Part shown: positions 27,930 to 43,657 of the stretch, piece by piece | How positions within the stretch are numbered: the first letter of the stretch is position 1 | Layout: the number at the start of each line of letters is the position of its first letter | Source of the DNA: Eledone cirrhosa | Lineage: Eukaryota | Length of the DNA: 64,000 bases | Reading direction: 5' to 3' | NCBI GenBank assembly: GCA_964016885.1 | Contig: OZ024744.1 | Span: 84,816,001 to 84,880,000, forward strand | Position numbers and translations under genes: made by a program | Notes under the pieces: generated by a model | The model's input: only the letters and a program-made list of their open reading frames with translations | Databases searched by the model: none | Told to the model about the DNA's origin: nothing

Positions 27930-28122
27930 TATATATATATCAGATAGGGTGTGTTAAAAACCAGCTAGACCATAACCCACCAGAATACTCAATATTTAGG
28001 GTAGTAGAGAGGGTAATTTGACATGATTCAGGGCCCCGACGGGTGAGCTCTGGCCGTTTCGACAGCTGTTCAGATCTAGGTGTCGAAATGACCGGAGCTC
28101 TGAGTCGAGATGCTGAATCATT

Positions 28123-28163
<41 letters not shown>

Positions 28164-29185
28164 TGTATTTAAACGGCAACAGAAAGCTGTATTCAATAGG
28201 TAATTGTATGGCCTGGTTGCATCATCAGAACATGACGTAAGGCTTTGGCGACGTCATCGGTGTAAATTGCAAAGACTAGGTAATTGCTAACAGGATTACG
28301 GTAAACATAAACAGAGAATAGATTTGATTCGGAGACGTCACACCATCTAGAAAAAAATTCTAGACTGGGTCATTACAAAAAAAAAATTGCTGGAAATTTT
28401 GTACCGTTTGATCTATTATGAATAAATACCAGAATGTTGTTCCAACTCTTATTGCAGCTGACATTACATGATTTTCTCTGTAAATCTTCTGTGTCAAGGG
28501 ATTAGTCGTTTGTTCCAAGATAATGTTTAGCTAGGTGCCACTAACTTGTCACGAATGTGAATCAGAACCTGCCCTGCGAATGGAATTAGATAAACGGAAA
28601 CTGTTTTTAAACCTATCAGTTGAATTGTACCTGTAATTCAAAGGTTGAATACTCAACCATTTACACATTAACTTTACGAGCAGTTTCTTCCGTTGATCAA
28701 ACAACTGGAACGCTAATCGTGAAAACCGACGAAGTCCCATTTCATTCCGTTCTTCACCGCTTGTCATTAAGTTCAGTCGAAATCCTAGTGCAGCGTTTCT
28801 CAACCGGGTTCTGCTAGGGGTCGCTAGGGCTTCCTCATGAAATAGTGATAAATAAGCTAATGTATTTTTGAGTAATTAATTTTACTATACACATTTTAAA
28901 TTTTCCTATATAAATACGGCAGATTTTTTTTTGTGGTCTCATAAAGGGGCGGTATGTATTGCCGATAAATCTGACAAAAATAGGGGGTCATTTTTTCCTT
29001 AGATCAGTTATCACCCCCCCCCCCCCAAAAAAAAAGAAATTATGTTTACAGTGTGAAATATAAAAGAGGAAGGAAAATATGTGCGATACGGGTGATATTC
29101 AGACAATGTAATCCCAGAATGACCAGCAGTGCTGTCGGAACGGGCAGAAACTGCACACGCCAATTTCGATAACCAATGACCACGA

Positions 29186-29250
<65 letters not shown>

Positions 29251-29884
29251 TGGCTGCCAACTCGTTTTCGAGTACGGCCACTACTTTATATCCATGTAGG
29301 AGAACGCCTACCGATGCGCTGACGAGTGTGACTGTTTAGTCCAGCCAGCGACTTGAAAACTCTGGTACAAACACTACACTTGTGACAATTATTGACACAG
29401 TGCTGGGCCCATGGTACTATGTGACGACAAGTGCAGAGAGATCTCCAGATATAAAGCAATGCCCGTGCCGTGAAGCTTTTATAGTGAGCAAAGGCACTGC
29501 ACAAAGCCAGTCCCACTCTCTTAACCAAGATGATATTTACCAAAAAGAAGAACAAGTCAACATCATTGGATATCATCAGGGTTGCAGGTGTTATATCAGA
29601 GTTTTCCTTCTCCTAGAATTCTGCCTTAACAAAGGCTAAGGGGTAATCTCTCCCGGTGATTTTGGATGGCCATTGACTCTTAAGAACTCCTTTGCTCTTT
29701 GACAGGTTTTGTTTTTAGTCCTGCAGGATATCCAAAGTCACCCTCCTCACCAAGAAACCTTGGTGGGGTTGCCATTTTAGTCGCCAATTACCCGTCCATG
29801 GGACAGGTTGTACTGGAATACATGTTACCAGTGTGTGTACGTATGTATATATATATACATACGTACACACACACATATATATAT

Positions 29885-29917
<33 letters not shown>

Positions 29918-29938
29918 TATATATATACATATATGTAG

Positions 29939-29992
<54 letters not shown>

Positions 29993-30185
29993 AAAATGTT
30001 TAACCCCGACGGCAGAGCTCAAGCCGTTTCGACGGCTATTTCTGGACACCAAAAATAACCGTCGAAACGGCTTAAGCTCTGCCGTCGGTGTTAAACATTT
30101 TCCTATTACCCACTCTACTACCCTAAGTATTGAGTACTCTGGTGCGTTATGGTCCATCTGGTTCCTTACCACACTTCCTTCGTTA

Positions 30186-30518
30186 TCTCTATATATAAAA
30201 CTGAGGATGTCTGTCTGTGTGTGTGTGAGTTTGAATCCCTGAAACTAGAGAACCACCCAACCGACTGTTTTCAAATTTTACACATGTAATACTAATGTTT
30301 CAGGGAGTCTTCTGAGCAAAGAAAATTTCAAATTTTCAATGCCCTAGGGACCGCATTAGGCGATTTAGCGATCTCTCTCTATAATTCTTAGTCTTTTTCT
30401 CTTTAGATAGATACATACATATAACGTGGCGCCCTTATAATATCTGTCTGTATGTCTGGCTGTCTGCATTACGTCACTTTCCTGAGGAAGTGTGTGTGTG
30501 CGTGTGTGTGTGTGTGTG

Positions 30519-30549
<31 letters not shown>

Positions 30550-31139
30550 CTGCGTCTGTGAGTTTGAATCCCTAAAACTCGAGAAATACCCAACCGACTT
30601 TTTCAAACTTTACATGTTTCAGGGAGTGTTATGCACATAAAAAATTCAACTTTTTGATCCCTAGGGCCCGCATTAGGTGAAAAACTGCGTTTTTTCAGGT
30701 TTTTAGCGTTTTTTTGAGGCGTTACGTCAGACTGATTTCCTTGAAATTGTAACTATGTATTAGTCAGTCTCTTCTTCATACCGTGAGTAAAGAAAATTCA
30801 ACTTTTTTATCGCCTAGGGCCCGCATTAGGTGAAAAACTTCATTTTTTCAGCTTTTTAGGGCTTTTTTGAAGCGTTACGTCTAGCCGATTTTCCCGAAAT
30901 TTTAAGGCATATTATGCACATAAAAAAATTCATTTTCTTGATCCCCTAGGGCCCGCATTATGTGAAAACCTGCATTTTTCCTGCTTTATCGAGTAAAATC
31001 TTAAAGATTATCCAGCCATCAGAGTATTCGGTTTATTTTCTTTACATATTGTCCAGGCATGCAGTTTTTCCACGATTAGGTCTATTGGCGGCCCGCGTTC
31101 CAATACCTTATCCCGTGCAACGCCGGGTACCACTGCTAG
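30186..31139 (+). mobile_element. Non-autonomous Helitron
   Basis: A|TC 5' end ('tctctatatataaaactgagg'); 3' hairpin 'cccgtgcaacgccggg' then CTAG|T. Internal repeats of 'cctagggcccgcattagg'. Confidence 0.8.
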
Positions 31140-31695
31140 TATATATATATATATATATATAAACTAAGATATTATATATATATGTATGTGTGTCTGTGTG
31201 TGTGTGTGTTTGTGTTTGTGTGTGTATTATTTTATTGCCATCATCACTCGTGATGCTTGTGTCATTCCTCCTCTGGTTTTGTTAAATTGCTTATTTTATC
31301 ACGGCACATCTCTTTTTTTTCACATGACTATTGTTGCGTTGTTTCATCTTGTTGCCTCTCACACCTTTTTGTCGGGCTGGTTAAAACCAGACACAATTTT
31401 CTTTTCTGAGAGTCACCTTCTCTGTGAGGCTCTTTGTGTGTGCCATAGTCTCCTGGCCTTACTGGCCCTTGTCGTACATCTATATCTATGTATGTAAGCT
31501 TTTTTTTTTTTTTCTTTTCATCTTGATATTCCAAGGACAGTGTTTGAAACTTTTGTCGGTAGGTGTCAAAGCAGTATACATCAAATTCGGCGGTTGATGG
31601 TGATGGATTAAAAAAATAATTTTTATTTCATTGTCAATATTATATCTTCCATGATGCACGCATCTTACTTCCGCTTCTTTTGTTAAGTTGCTTAA

Positions 31696-31925
<230 letters not shown>

Positions 31926-32339
31926 ATACACACACAGGCACATGCAAAAAATTGATGTCCGCTTATTAGTCGGGGAAAATAAAAACCTAGTTGCATATAT
32001 TAGCAACAATCAAAGAAAAGGGGAGATAACTTCAGGAATTTCAAAATAAATTCCCCCCTCCCAAAAAACAAAAAAAAACAATAGAATTTACTTGCTTAGG
32101 GGTGAGAAAAATCTGACCCTTGATAGCAGACATATTTCCGTATCATTAGATGAAACATAGTCTTTAACAGTGAAGAACGACATTTATCAGTGATGCATGG
32201 CTAACTTCGGTGATGCATAACCTATATCAGTGAAACATAAAAGTCCCCTGCCTGCTTTGATAAGTGGACACATTTTTATTAGTAGAGAGTTAGGGAAAAG
32301 GTTGGATAGTATATTATGCATAACTATAAAAAATGAACA

Positions 32340-32394
<55 letters not shown>

Positions 32395-32713
32395 ATACCT
32401 ATCTATCTATTTAGGCGTTGTTTACTTTGCTCCAAAGTTTTTGTAAATTTATAGTGGAAAAACCGTAAGTTTTTGTTCAAATTTTATATTATTGTGTAGC
32501 TTGACCTCCCGTCTGGACTTTCAGGGGGTGGGTCAACTCATTTTCGCCCCTGGGAGAGGCGAAATATTTTTATCTATCGAATTCTGAAAAAAATATAAGA
32601 AGTTTGGTTACGCTATGAACGCTGCGTTTCGCGATAATGGTAGTGGAGAGTCGGTAAGACTACATAGGTCGCAGTCAACGTCTTCTTCTTCCCTTTCCTT
32701 CTCCATAGATACT

Positions 32714-34725
32714 ATGGAGATGGAAAGAAGAAACCAAATTGTAAAAACAAATTCAAATCCAAACGACACAAATGACACCAAACAGTACAATGACAACAAC
32801 AATAACAACAACACCAATAATGATGATAGAACAACAATGACAACAACAACAAAGAAAAAAATAAAGACAATACCAATAATTATTTCTACTTTAGGCACAA
32901 GGCCAGCAATTACCCAGTGTATTACTGGTACTTTATTTTATCGACCCTGTAAGGATGAAAGGCAAAGTCAACCTCGGCGGGATTTGAACTCAGATCGTAA
33001 AGGGACGTAACTATGCTGGAAAGCATGGCGTCCGACTCTCTACCGATACTGCCAATCCACCAATAATACCAGCATCAAAGATAACAACAACAACACCAAG
33101 GAAAATACGAACAATATCAACATCAGTGACAACAAGAACAACAACAACAATAACAACAATAATGACAACACCACCAACACGGATAATTCCACAAAGAAAC
33201 CGAAAATCTCCTTTGTACAGACAGTTCAGAAATAGGAGGAACTAACATATTTCGACATATCAAATGCCGAACAACTCCTAAAGGATGCTAGGAGATATGT
33301 TACTTTCAAAAAGAATGGTGCTTTCAGCATCAATTCCCATGTGGAAATACGTAAGGAAACTGCCCTCAAAACGATAGTTTTTAGGACAGTTCCAATTCTA
33401 CTCGAAAACCGGCCCAATTGTCACAGAAAGAAATTGAACTGGTTTTCAAAAATTCAATGAATGATATTTCATTCATTCAAAGAAGCAAACTCTTTGGGAG
33501 TATTTCGGTACTCATGAAGGATCAATTGACGGCCCAAAATTACTCTGTGTCGCCAATTGTATCCAACCTGTGTACCTTTTCCCTCACATACATGGGAAAA
33601 AGGACACAAAAAATAAGAATCACAAGTGTCACACCAAAGGTAAACATATGGTGGATACTGTGTGGCTTCATCAATTTTGAGGAAGACAAAATACTTTCAG
33701 TAGGAAAGTCCCCCAGAGATGTATTTAATGGGACTAGCGTTGAAGTTCTGGTGCAAATGAGCCCAGAACGAATAGCTATGATCCCACAACATGTACTCCT
33801 GGACGGACTCACCTACATAAACTTTTCGGTTGAGGGTAGGCGGCCTTCATGTTACCACTGCTTTAGCAGGGGTCACCTGAGGGCTTCCTGTCCCCAATTA
33901 ATGAGTAAAAAAAAGACTCTTCTGCCGACACCCAACAAAATAACACAACCACCACCACCATCACAACACCAACACACAAAAATAACCACAACAAACACAG
34001 TCTCACCCAACCCCACTCCACCTAAAACCACTGCAAAATCACATACAGACACAACAGCTCCCCAAGACATACCCCTCCCCAATCACACAGACGATACAAC
34101 AGATGAGGCTATCTCGCCATCACCCAGTGAAGACGAGGGAGAACCCCATCGCTCGAAAAAAAAAAAAAGGCACCACAAAAACAAAAAACCAGCAAACACT
34201 ACCACAGACATACAACCACCAACACAAACAACAAAAACATCACAAACAAAACCCCCACCCCCTGAAAACAAAATACCTACAACAAAACGAAAGCACACAC
34301 AAGAACTACAGACAAAAACAAACACAACACAAGAAAATTACATTTACACTTACATAAACATTGAAAACAAAACACTAATGGAGACCATCACGAACGACCC
34401 TTCGGTGAAAACCGAAGGGAAAACTTTCACCCACTCTATTAAAAATAACAAAAAACTGAACCTAAAACTGATTAGGGTCCCTATACAAACTTTTAGGTCC
34501 CTAAAAGAAACATTTGAGAAGGATGTGGGGAATTCCTGCGTGAAACCACTCAACCACGTCCTTCTCAAATGTCTCCCCACCCCAGACACCCCCATCCCAC
34601 CAGACCTCACCCCACCAAATATCTCCGTCCCCACCCCGCCGGAAACCACCACCCATCCAGACAACCCCTCCAACACCCCGATGGAAATCGTGCGGCCTGG
34701 TCCCCAGGAGACGAAGGGTGAGTGA
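32714..34725 (+). pseudogene. ORF1 (gag-like, CCHC zinc knuckle) of the LINE; N-terminal part interrupted by a SINE, a stop and a frameshift
   Basis: 33418-34725 is open for 435 aa with 'CYHCFSRGHLRASC'. Asn/Thr-rich coding-like sequence continues upstream on both sides of the SINE. The start is inferred. Confidence 0.65.
32878..33062 (-). mobile_element. Family 1 SINE inserted in LINE ORF1
   Basis: Reverse-complement SINE with an apparent target duplication 'accaataat' on both sides. Confidence 0.8.
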
Positions 34726-34758
34726 TCTCTTTTCCTCTTTTAACTTTTCAGCACCAAC

Positions 34759-37700
34759 ATGGCCAATATAAGAGTTGGATGTGTGAACGTACGCGGCCTG
34801 GGGATGCCCTGGAAACAGGGAAAACTCTTAAACGACCTCAGGTCGCACAGTATGGATGTGGTAGCCATTTGCGAGTCAAGGATCCACGGCGAGCGACAGC
34901 TGGCCTCCATCTTCGATGACTTTGAGATCTACGCATCTCTCTGTCAACCGGGGGGTGGGGGCGGAGTTGCCGTTTTGCTGCGGAAACACCTGGGCCTCGT
35001 AACACAGACGGTACATCTGGACCCGGAGGGTCGACTGGTGGTCCTAGACGTTGACGGTAGTGAAGGTGGAGCCTTCAGGCTGGTGGCCGCATATGCCCCC
35101 TCCTGGAAACTGCGGCCAGACTTCTTCAAACGTCTAGAGACTTTTCTGGGAACGTCCCGCTCCCTGCTATTAGTGGGAGACTGGAATGAAATCCTAGATG
35201 CACGTTGGGATTATGTGCGAGCATGTACCGATAAAGAGGGTGTAACAGCCTCAAACAGTTAATCGGCCGATTTGACCTGGCCGATAGATATCGACTAGAT
35301 TTTCCGACTGTGCCACTGTGGACGTGGAGTAATCGTAGCGGAATATTTAGATCGTACCTAGATATGGTTCTAGTTAGAAATAAGGATAGGGACATGTTAA
35401 GCTGTCCACAAATGTTCATGGTTGCCTATTCAGATCACAAACTAGTGACCTGCATGGCCAACCTTGATAGAACTCATAGACAAGGACCCGGCTACTAGAA
35501 GCTGAACTAGTTGTTACCGACATGCAAAGCCTACAGGAGATTAGCATTTTATTTAAACAGCACTTGACAGGGGCCATTGTCAACAACAGATGGTGGTACT
35601 CTCTCAAGAGGGCAGTTAGATTAGACTCGTTACTTTTTAGAAAAGAATTAGCGTTAGATAGAAATAGAACCGAGAAGGAACTGGTAGATAAAGTAGAAGA
35701 GGCAAGTAGAAGTGGCAACGTAGCCAGCGTGCTAGCAACGAGAACGGGGACTGAATTGTCAGAAGCAAAATACGTGCTCTGGGTAACGAGGGAGCCAAAG
35801 CTGTTAGCTGGGCCCGGGTGACGGAGTCGAAAAGTAGGAACAAATACAGGATTCGGTCTTTGAAGGACCAAGACGGACGCGTGATACGTGAGCCGAAGCA
35901 GATGTGTGCGGCTTTTCAGCGGCACTTTGCTCAACTGTTCGGGAGGGGCGGCGCACCGGGAGGGGCTATGGATTTCGGTCCATACCTCGACGCCCTACCG
36001 CGACTCTCGGACAGCGAGGCAAAGTTCTGCGAAGAGCCGATTTCAGCCGCTGAGATAGGGGACGCGCTGAGCTAATGCGGCAAACGCAAATCTCCAGGTC
36101 TCGACGGTCTACCCTACGAATTTTAAGTAGCAATGCCGGACTTATTCTCCGGTCTCCTGGAAGCGGTCTACTGCAACTGGCAACAGAACAGGAGAATTCC
36201 CAGTTCTGTAACCGGGGGCGTGATCACACTAATCAGGAAGGACGAGAATAAGGGGGATGACATAGGCAACTTCCGGCCCATAACTCTGCTAAACACAGAG
36301 TTACAGATTTTGGCCAAGGTGTTGGCAAAGAGGCTGGCGCTTGTCGTCGCGAACCTGGTGGGAGAAGCGCAGACATGCGCAATCCCGACCAGGTCCATAC
36401 ACGACAACCTCCACCCCATGCGATACATCATAGAGAGGGTAGGGTGTAAACCCGGCTTCGGTGGGGGCCCTGATCAACTTGGATCAGTCTAAGGCTTTCG
36501 ATAGGGTTGACCATCGTTACCTGGATGCGGTGCTCGAGGCGGCAGGCTTCGGACCCGTGTTCAGGGGCTGGATTGCTGCAATGCACAACAGCAACATCTG
36601 CTCAAGGGTCAAGGTGAACGGCTACCTCTCGGAGCCGTTCCACATTACGCGATCCATTCGACAGGGATGCCCTCTCTCCTCCCTTCTGTACGTACTGACT
36701 CTCGAGCCACTACTGCCGAAGTTGGAGCTATTGCAGGGCATCCCTCTGGAACCGGGACTGCGGAAAGCGGTGTCGGCCTACGCCGACGACGTGACAGTAA
36801 TGGTGTCGAGCGCCTCGCAAATCGAGGAAGTCGCCACCTTAGTGAAGGAATACGAAAGTTTCACAGGAGCGAAGCTGAACCGGGACAAGTCCATTGGTTT
36901 GCAACTCGGATCGTGGAGAGGCAGACCGATGCCTTCCGATGGCGTCGTCGGACGCTGGACGGAAGGACCGGTAAAGCTGCTCGGGGTCTGGTTTGGTCCG
37001 GACCTCCAGGTGGAGAATAACTGGAACGAAGTGACGGCCAAGGTGTTTGCACTCACCCAGAAGTGGGCCGAGTGCAAACTATCCTTGAAAGGTCGAGCGG
37101 AGGTGGCGAACACTTTTATAGCGTCCGCCATCTACTACCGCTTGACCGTCGTGCCTTGTCCAGCCAAAACGCTCGCCAAAATGGAACACGCGCTCTTCCG
37201 ATTCCTTTGGAAGAGGCGGGCTCCTTTGGTGAGAAGATCCATCTGCTGCCAACACCCTTCTAACGGAGGGCTGGGGAGCCCGTGGTTGACGATGCGCAAA
37301 CACGCCCTCAGGCTGCGGCATCTCTACGTATTCCTCACCGGACAACCTGTGTGGGCCCCGTTCGTGAGGCGAGCCTTCCCACGAATCGTCTCGCTGACCG
37401 AGCTGCAGTCCTGGGTCAAGCAAAGACCAAGGAACATGGGCGACTGGCACATCGAATGTGCTCAGGCGCTCACAGCCCACTGGCAGGCGGACCCGGCGAT
37501 CAGTGGAGACTCCACTTCGTCATTCTATAGAGGGTTGATCCGCAGCAAGTTCGACGACGCGCTCGGTGAAACTCTAGGCGTAGAGGAAGATGAACTAGCC
37601 AGTCTGTTCGGTAGGACCTTCCGTCCGGGACCGATGGACAACTTCCAAAAGTCCCTGGCAGTGCTACCGAGGAGCTCTACCAGTTCGAGACAAGCTCTAC

Positions 37701-38156
37701 AGACATGGGCGCCCGGGCAGGGACCCTGCAAAAAAGATCTGTCCGAGGTGCGTGCGAGACGAAAAAACCGTCGCGCACGCATTCATACACTGCCCGGGTG
37801 TCACTGACCTGTGGGGCTATGTAGAACGACTATTGTCGCGGGTGGGACCAATCCAGTTGACCACCGAGTCCATTGTCATGATCAAACCGCCACCCTCCTT
37901 CAAAAACGAAGGAGAGGCGGTTTTCCTTTGTGTGATAGCTATGGCGAAAGAGGTTGTATGGTGGACAAGGTTGAAAGGGCTGAGGTCAGACACCTTTCTC
38001 TCCGGCCAACAACTGATTCTTTTTTTCAAATACCACTTTGGAAGAAGAATCAGGATGGAGAGAGAGGTGCTGTACCCCAGCAAGTTTTATGAAAGGTGGG
38101 TGAAAGTGGCGACAATGGCCCGAGTGAATGGGCCTTCTCTCTATATCAGCCTGTAG
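34759..38156 (+). pseudogene. ORF2 (apurinic-like endonuclease + reverse transcriptase + zinc-binding domain) with stops and frameshifts
   Basis: 'CVNVRGL', 'AICES', 'LVAAYAP', 'VGDWN', 'SDHK', 'NFRPITLLN', 'LDQSKAFDRV', 'RQGCPLS', 'AYADD', 'KLLGV', 'GGLG'. Confidence 0.9.
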
Positions 38157-38340
38157 GTTGAGGAAAAGGAGGAGGAGAGGAAAGGAGTACAAACTCTTCG
38201 TACTCCTGGAGATGAGGGTTGCACATTTTTTTTCGGGGGTATGTGTTACCCATATAAACTGTCTCCCCCTATTGGGGAAAATCGACTAACTTTTTAAATT
38301 CCATTTGTGATAACATTTTACACGTTTTTATTGTATGTAA

Positions 38341-39351
<1,011 letters not shown>

Positions 39352-39394
39352 TATTCCTTTCTCTACCATCACCTCTCTTTTTCTCTTTCTCGCT

Positions 39395-40603
39395 CATGTG
39401 AGTGCGTGTGTGTGTGGGTACGTGTGTGCGAGCAAGTGCATGTTTGTGCGAGCAAGTGCATGTGTATGCAAGCGTACATGTGTATGAATGCATGTGTATG
39501 TGTTTATGTGTGTTTGCATGTGTGCGTAAGCGCGTTTGCGTGCCTTTGAGCATGTGTATATATGTGTAGGTATTTTTGTACGTATGCGTGCGATCGGGTG
39601 CGTGTGTATGTGCATGTGTATGTGCATGTGCATGTGAGTGGATGCATATGTACGCTTATGAGTTTTTGTGTGTATACGCGAACGTATGCGTGTGAGCATA
39701 TGTATATGTTCGTGTGTATGTGAGAGCATGTGTCGAAGTATATGTTTGTGTTTGTGTGTGTTTGTGCGTGTGCGTGCGTATGTGTGTGTGTGTTTTTAAA
39801 AGTATGTGTATGTGTTTACGTTTATATGCGAATATGTGTGTGTGTATGTGCGAGTGCGTGTGTGTATGTGAGTGAGCAGGTGTGTATGATTGTGTGCAGG
39901 TGTGTATGTTTGTGTGGGTGTAATTTCGCATGTGGATGCGTACGTGTGCGAGTATGTGTGCATACTTGCGCGCGCGCGTGTGTGTGTGTGTGTAGGTGTG
40001 AATGATTGTGTGCGTGAGAGACCAGGTATGCATGTTTGTATGTGTGTATGTGTGCAAGCATGCGTGTGCATGCGTGTGAGTATGTGTGTGTGTATGTTTG
40101 TGTGTGTGTATGAGAGCAGGTATGTATGTTTGTGTATGTTTGTGTGTGTGTGTATGAGAGCAGGTATGTATGTTTGTGTATGTTTGTGTGTGTGTATGAG
40201 AGCAGGTATGTATGTTTGAGTATGTTTGTGTGTGTGTCTGTGTTTATGTGCGAAGCATGTGTGTATATACTTGTGCGTGTATGTGTATGTGTGTGTGTGT
40301 GTGCGCGCATGTGTGTGTGTGTGTGTTTGTCTACATGTTTGCGTGCATATGTATGTATGTTTGTATGAGTGTCTGTGTATGAGTTGCAGGCATGTATGTT
40401 TGTGTGTAGCGTGCGAGTGTATGTATTTATGTGCGTGCGAACATGACTGTATACAAGCATGTGCATGATGCATGATGTGTGCGTGGTGTATATGTATGCG
40501 AGCGTGTGTGAGTGTATGCGTATGCGAGCGTGTGTACGTGCGTACGTTTGAATCATATGTACTAACGAAACCATTTCTAATTACTACAACAACAACGACA
40601 ACG

Positions 40604-40670
<67 letters not shown>

Positions 40671-40952
40671 AAACGGAAGAAATAAGTGGTGTAATCTTCA
40701 TAGCTTCCTAGTCTGTTTTCTAAAGCAAGTTTTTTTTCTCTTCTTATCTCTTCTGTGGTATGTCAGGTTTTGATATGAACAGATTGTAGCTAGCTAGCGT
40801 CTCTTCTAACTCTCACTACAACCCGCAACTGTCATCACCATGGAATTTCAAGCAACATGGAACTACTGCCAAAAATATTTCATTGTTTCCCTTAACGATT
40901 ATTTCATCGCTGCTGCTGCTGCTGCTGCTGCTGTTCTTCTTCTTCTTCTTCT

Positions 40953-40987
<35 letters not shown>

Positions 40988-41018
40988 TTCTTCTTCTTCT
41001 TCTTCTTCTTCTTCTTCT

Positions 41019-41050
<32 letters not shown>

Positions 41051-41120
41051 TTCTCCTTCTTCTTCTTCTTCTTCCTCCTCCTCCTCCTCCTCCTCCTCCT
41101 CCTCCCCACCCCATCCTCCT
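39395..41120. repeat. Degenerate (TG)-rich tract followed by (CAA)n and a compound (GCT)/(CTT)/(CGT)/(CCT) triplet array
   Basis: Direct inspection. Confidence 0.9.
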
Positions 41121-41622
41121 CCTCATTGTTATCATTAAGGTAAGGCGGTGGATTAGCAGTATCGCTAGAGCGTCAGACATCATGCTTTGCAGCAGAGAGT
41201 TATGGCCCTTTACGTTGTGAGTTCAAATTCTGCCGAGGTTAGCTTTAACTTTCATCTGTACTTGGGTCGATAAATAAAGTACCACTTGGGTCGATTTAAT
41301 CAACTATTCCCTCACCCAAGAAATGTTGGGTTTGTGTCTAAATCAGAAACTATTATTATTATCACGATGGATTGGCAGTATCGGTAGAGGGTCGGACGCC
41401 ATACTTTGACGCATAGAGTTGCTGTCCTTGCCAGTCTGAGTTCAAATCCCGCCGAGGTTAACTTTGCCTTTCATCCTTACGGGGTCGATAAAATAAAGTA
41501 CCAGTAATACACTGGACAATTGCTGGTCTTGTGCCAAACAGTAGAAACAATTATCACTAATGTTATTGTTGTTGTTGTTATTATCATAACTAGATGAGGG
41601 CGACGTCTTCTCCTTCTTTCTG

Positions 41623-41659
<37 letters not shown>

Positions 41660-42576
41660 CTCTCTAAACACTCGACGTTCCCTTTTCTCTCTATATTTAT
41701 GTACATCTCTTTCGCTTAGCGCTCCCCGTCTCTGTATATAGATGAATGCGAAGTCATAACTTTCTCTCTATCTACTTCTTTCTGTCACATCGAAAACACA
41801 CGGCGTTCCCTTTACTCTCTCTATCTATGTACATATCTCCTGCTTGGCACTCTACCTCTCTATATAAAGTGAGCGTGACCAACGGACAGACAGAAATAAA
41901 CGGACGGACAGTAAGAAAGCGCTCTTTTAATATAGATTTATCGTTAGGTTTTTCAATTTCTTTTTCTTTTTCCGAATCTTTGCTGCATAAACCGTATTCT
42001 TTGGAGGAAGTATCTATTTGCAGAATTATCTTTTGAGGAGACGAAGAAATACTTTTGTTTTTCGTCGTTGAGGAAATTTTCGTTGTTGTTTCCGGTGTTA
42101 TTCCCGTGTGTTGTGTACGTTATGTGGCATGTTAGTTGTGTTATTTTATTAGATGATGGTTGTTGTTTAAGTATATGCTGTGGGGTTTTGTGTTACGTGT
42201 TATAGTGTCGGATGGCGACTATTTGTATAAGTATGTCTTATGTGAAGTTCTGTTAATTTCATTTGGTAGTGTCTAGTATTTCATATGTGTTGTGGAGTTT
42301 GTATTATGTGATTTAGTATCGAATGTGCAAAGTACTTTTTAATCTCAAGCAGTGAATGTGACAAATATGTGGTACTAGAATTTCTTTCAACATGCTGACG
42401 CGTATGTGTATATATGTGTGCATGTGTGTATATACATATACATACATTTATATGTAAGAGTATATAAATATAAATGTGCAGACACAGACATATTTACAAA
42501 AATACACACTCACAGACATACATTCACACAAACACATACAGTCATACAAACACACACATACACACAAACATTTACA

Positions 42577-42608
<32 letters not shown>

Positions 42609-42714
42609 TCTACACTCACACACAACGTAACAAATGGAACGCCAGTCACTGTTTTGCTATATATTTTTTTTCAGCATCCCCTTCCTTCCTTTTACACACA
42701 CATACATTCAAACA

Positions 42715-42775
<61 letters not shown>

Positions 42776-42924
42776 TGTTTGACGGACGAAGTCGCTCAAA
42801 TTTATATATAGATGTATCATTTGCTGTTTTATTGTTGGGCGTTGGTTGTGTTTAATATTTGAATGCGTTTTGCAATGGGTGTTATGTAATTTGGTGTCGG
42901 AGTCTGGCGGTATAGAGTATATGT

Positions 42925-43452
42925 TGCGTGGGCTGCACCAGCTTCAGCATTCGGTAATTAGAAGAATGGAGGTAGGTGTGAAAGCTAAACTCGCTATCTT
43001 CAATTCAGTATCGTGCCAACCCTTACCTATGGTCACGAATCTTGGGTAATGACCGAAAGAATACGATCGCGAATACAAGCGACCGAAATGGAGTTCCTCC
43101 AAAGAGTCTTTGGAGTAACATTACTCGATTATAATGTGTAGCTCGGAGATGAGAAAGTTGCTGCAGGTAGAACCACTACTTCTCCGAATTGAATTGGAGA
43201 CGGTTGCTTCTGACAGGACCCGCTGGAAGGAGTGTTTGAGGACTCTGCTGTCCACACGACCCCCTCGGGAAGAAGAAGAAGAAGAAGAAGAAGAAGAAGA
43301 AGAAGAAGAAGAAGAAGAAGAAAAATGAGAAGAAGAAGAAGAAAAATGAGAAGAAGGAGAAGGAGAAGAAGGAGAAGAAGAAGAAGAAGAAGAAGAAGAA
43401 GAAGAAGAAGAAGAAGAAGAAGAAGAAGAAGAAGAAGAAGAAGAAGAAGAAG

Positions 43453-43483
<31 letters not shown>

Positions 43484-43502
43484 TGTTGTTGTTGTTGTTG
43501 TT
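42925..43502 (+). mobile_element. RTE-clade LINE 3' remnant with an expanded (GAA)n tail
   Basis: Homologous to 55190-56130. RTE-like 'KAKLAIFNS...PTLTYGHESWVMTERIRSRIQATEMEFLQR' read across a frameshift. Confidence 0.65.
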
Positions 43503-43657
43503 ATAGAACGAGAATTGTGTGAGTGAGTTATCAATGTTATGGTATCGAATATCGATGATCTAATTCATTTGTGTTATATTGTTTGGTGATGTTTTCATAT
43601 GTTAGGTGTTTGTGTTGTGTAAGTTGTGTTACTTTATTGGGTAGTGATTGTGTAGAA

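Noticed and set aside
28170-28235. CTGATGA...GAAT-ACAG-cttt-CTGT on the minus strand
   Set aside because: Core is mutated and there is no stem I.
28787-28835. hAT-like left end 'cagcgtttctcaaccggg'
   Set aside because: No matching right TIR found.
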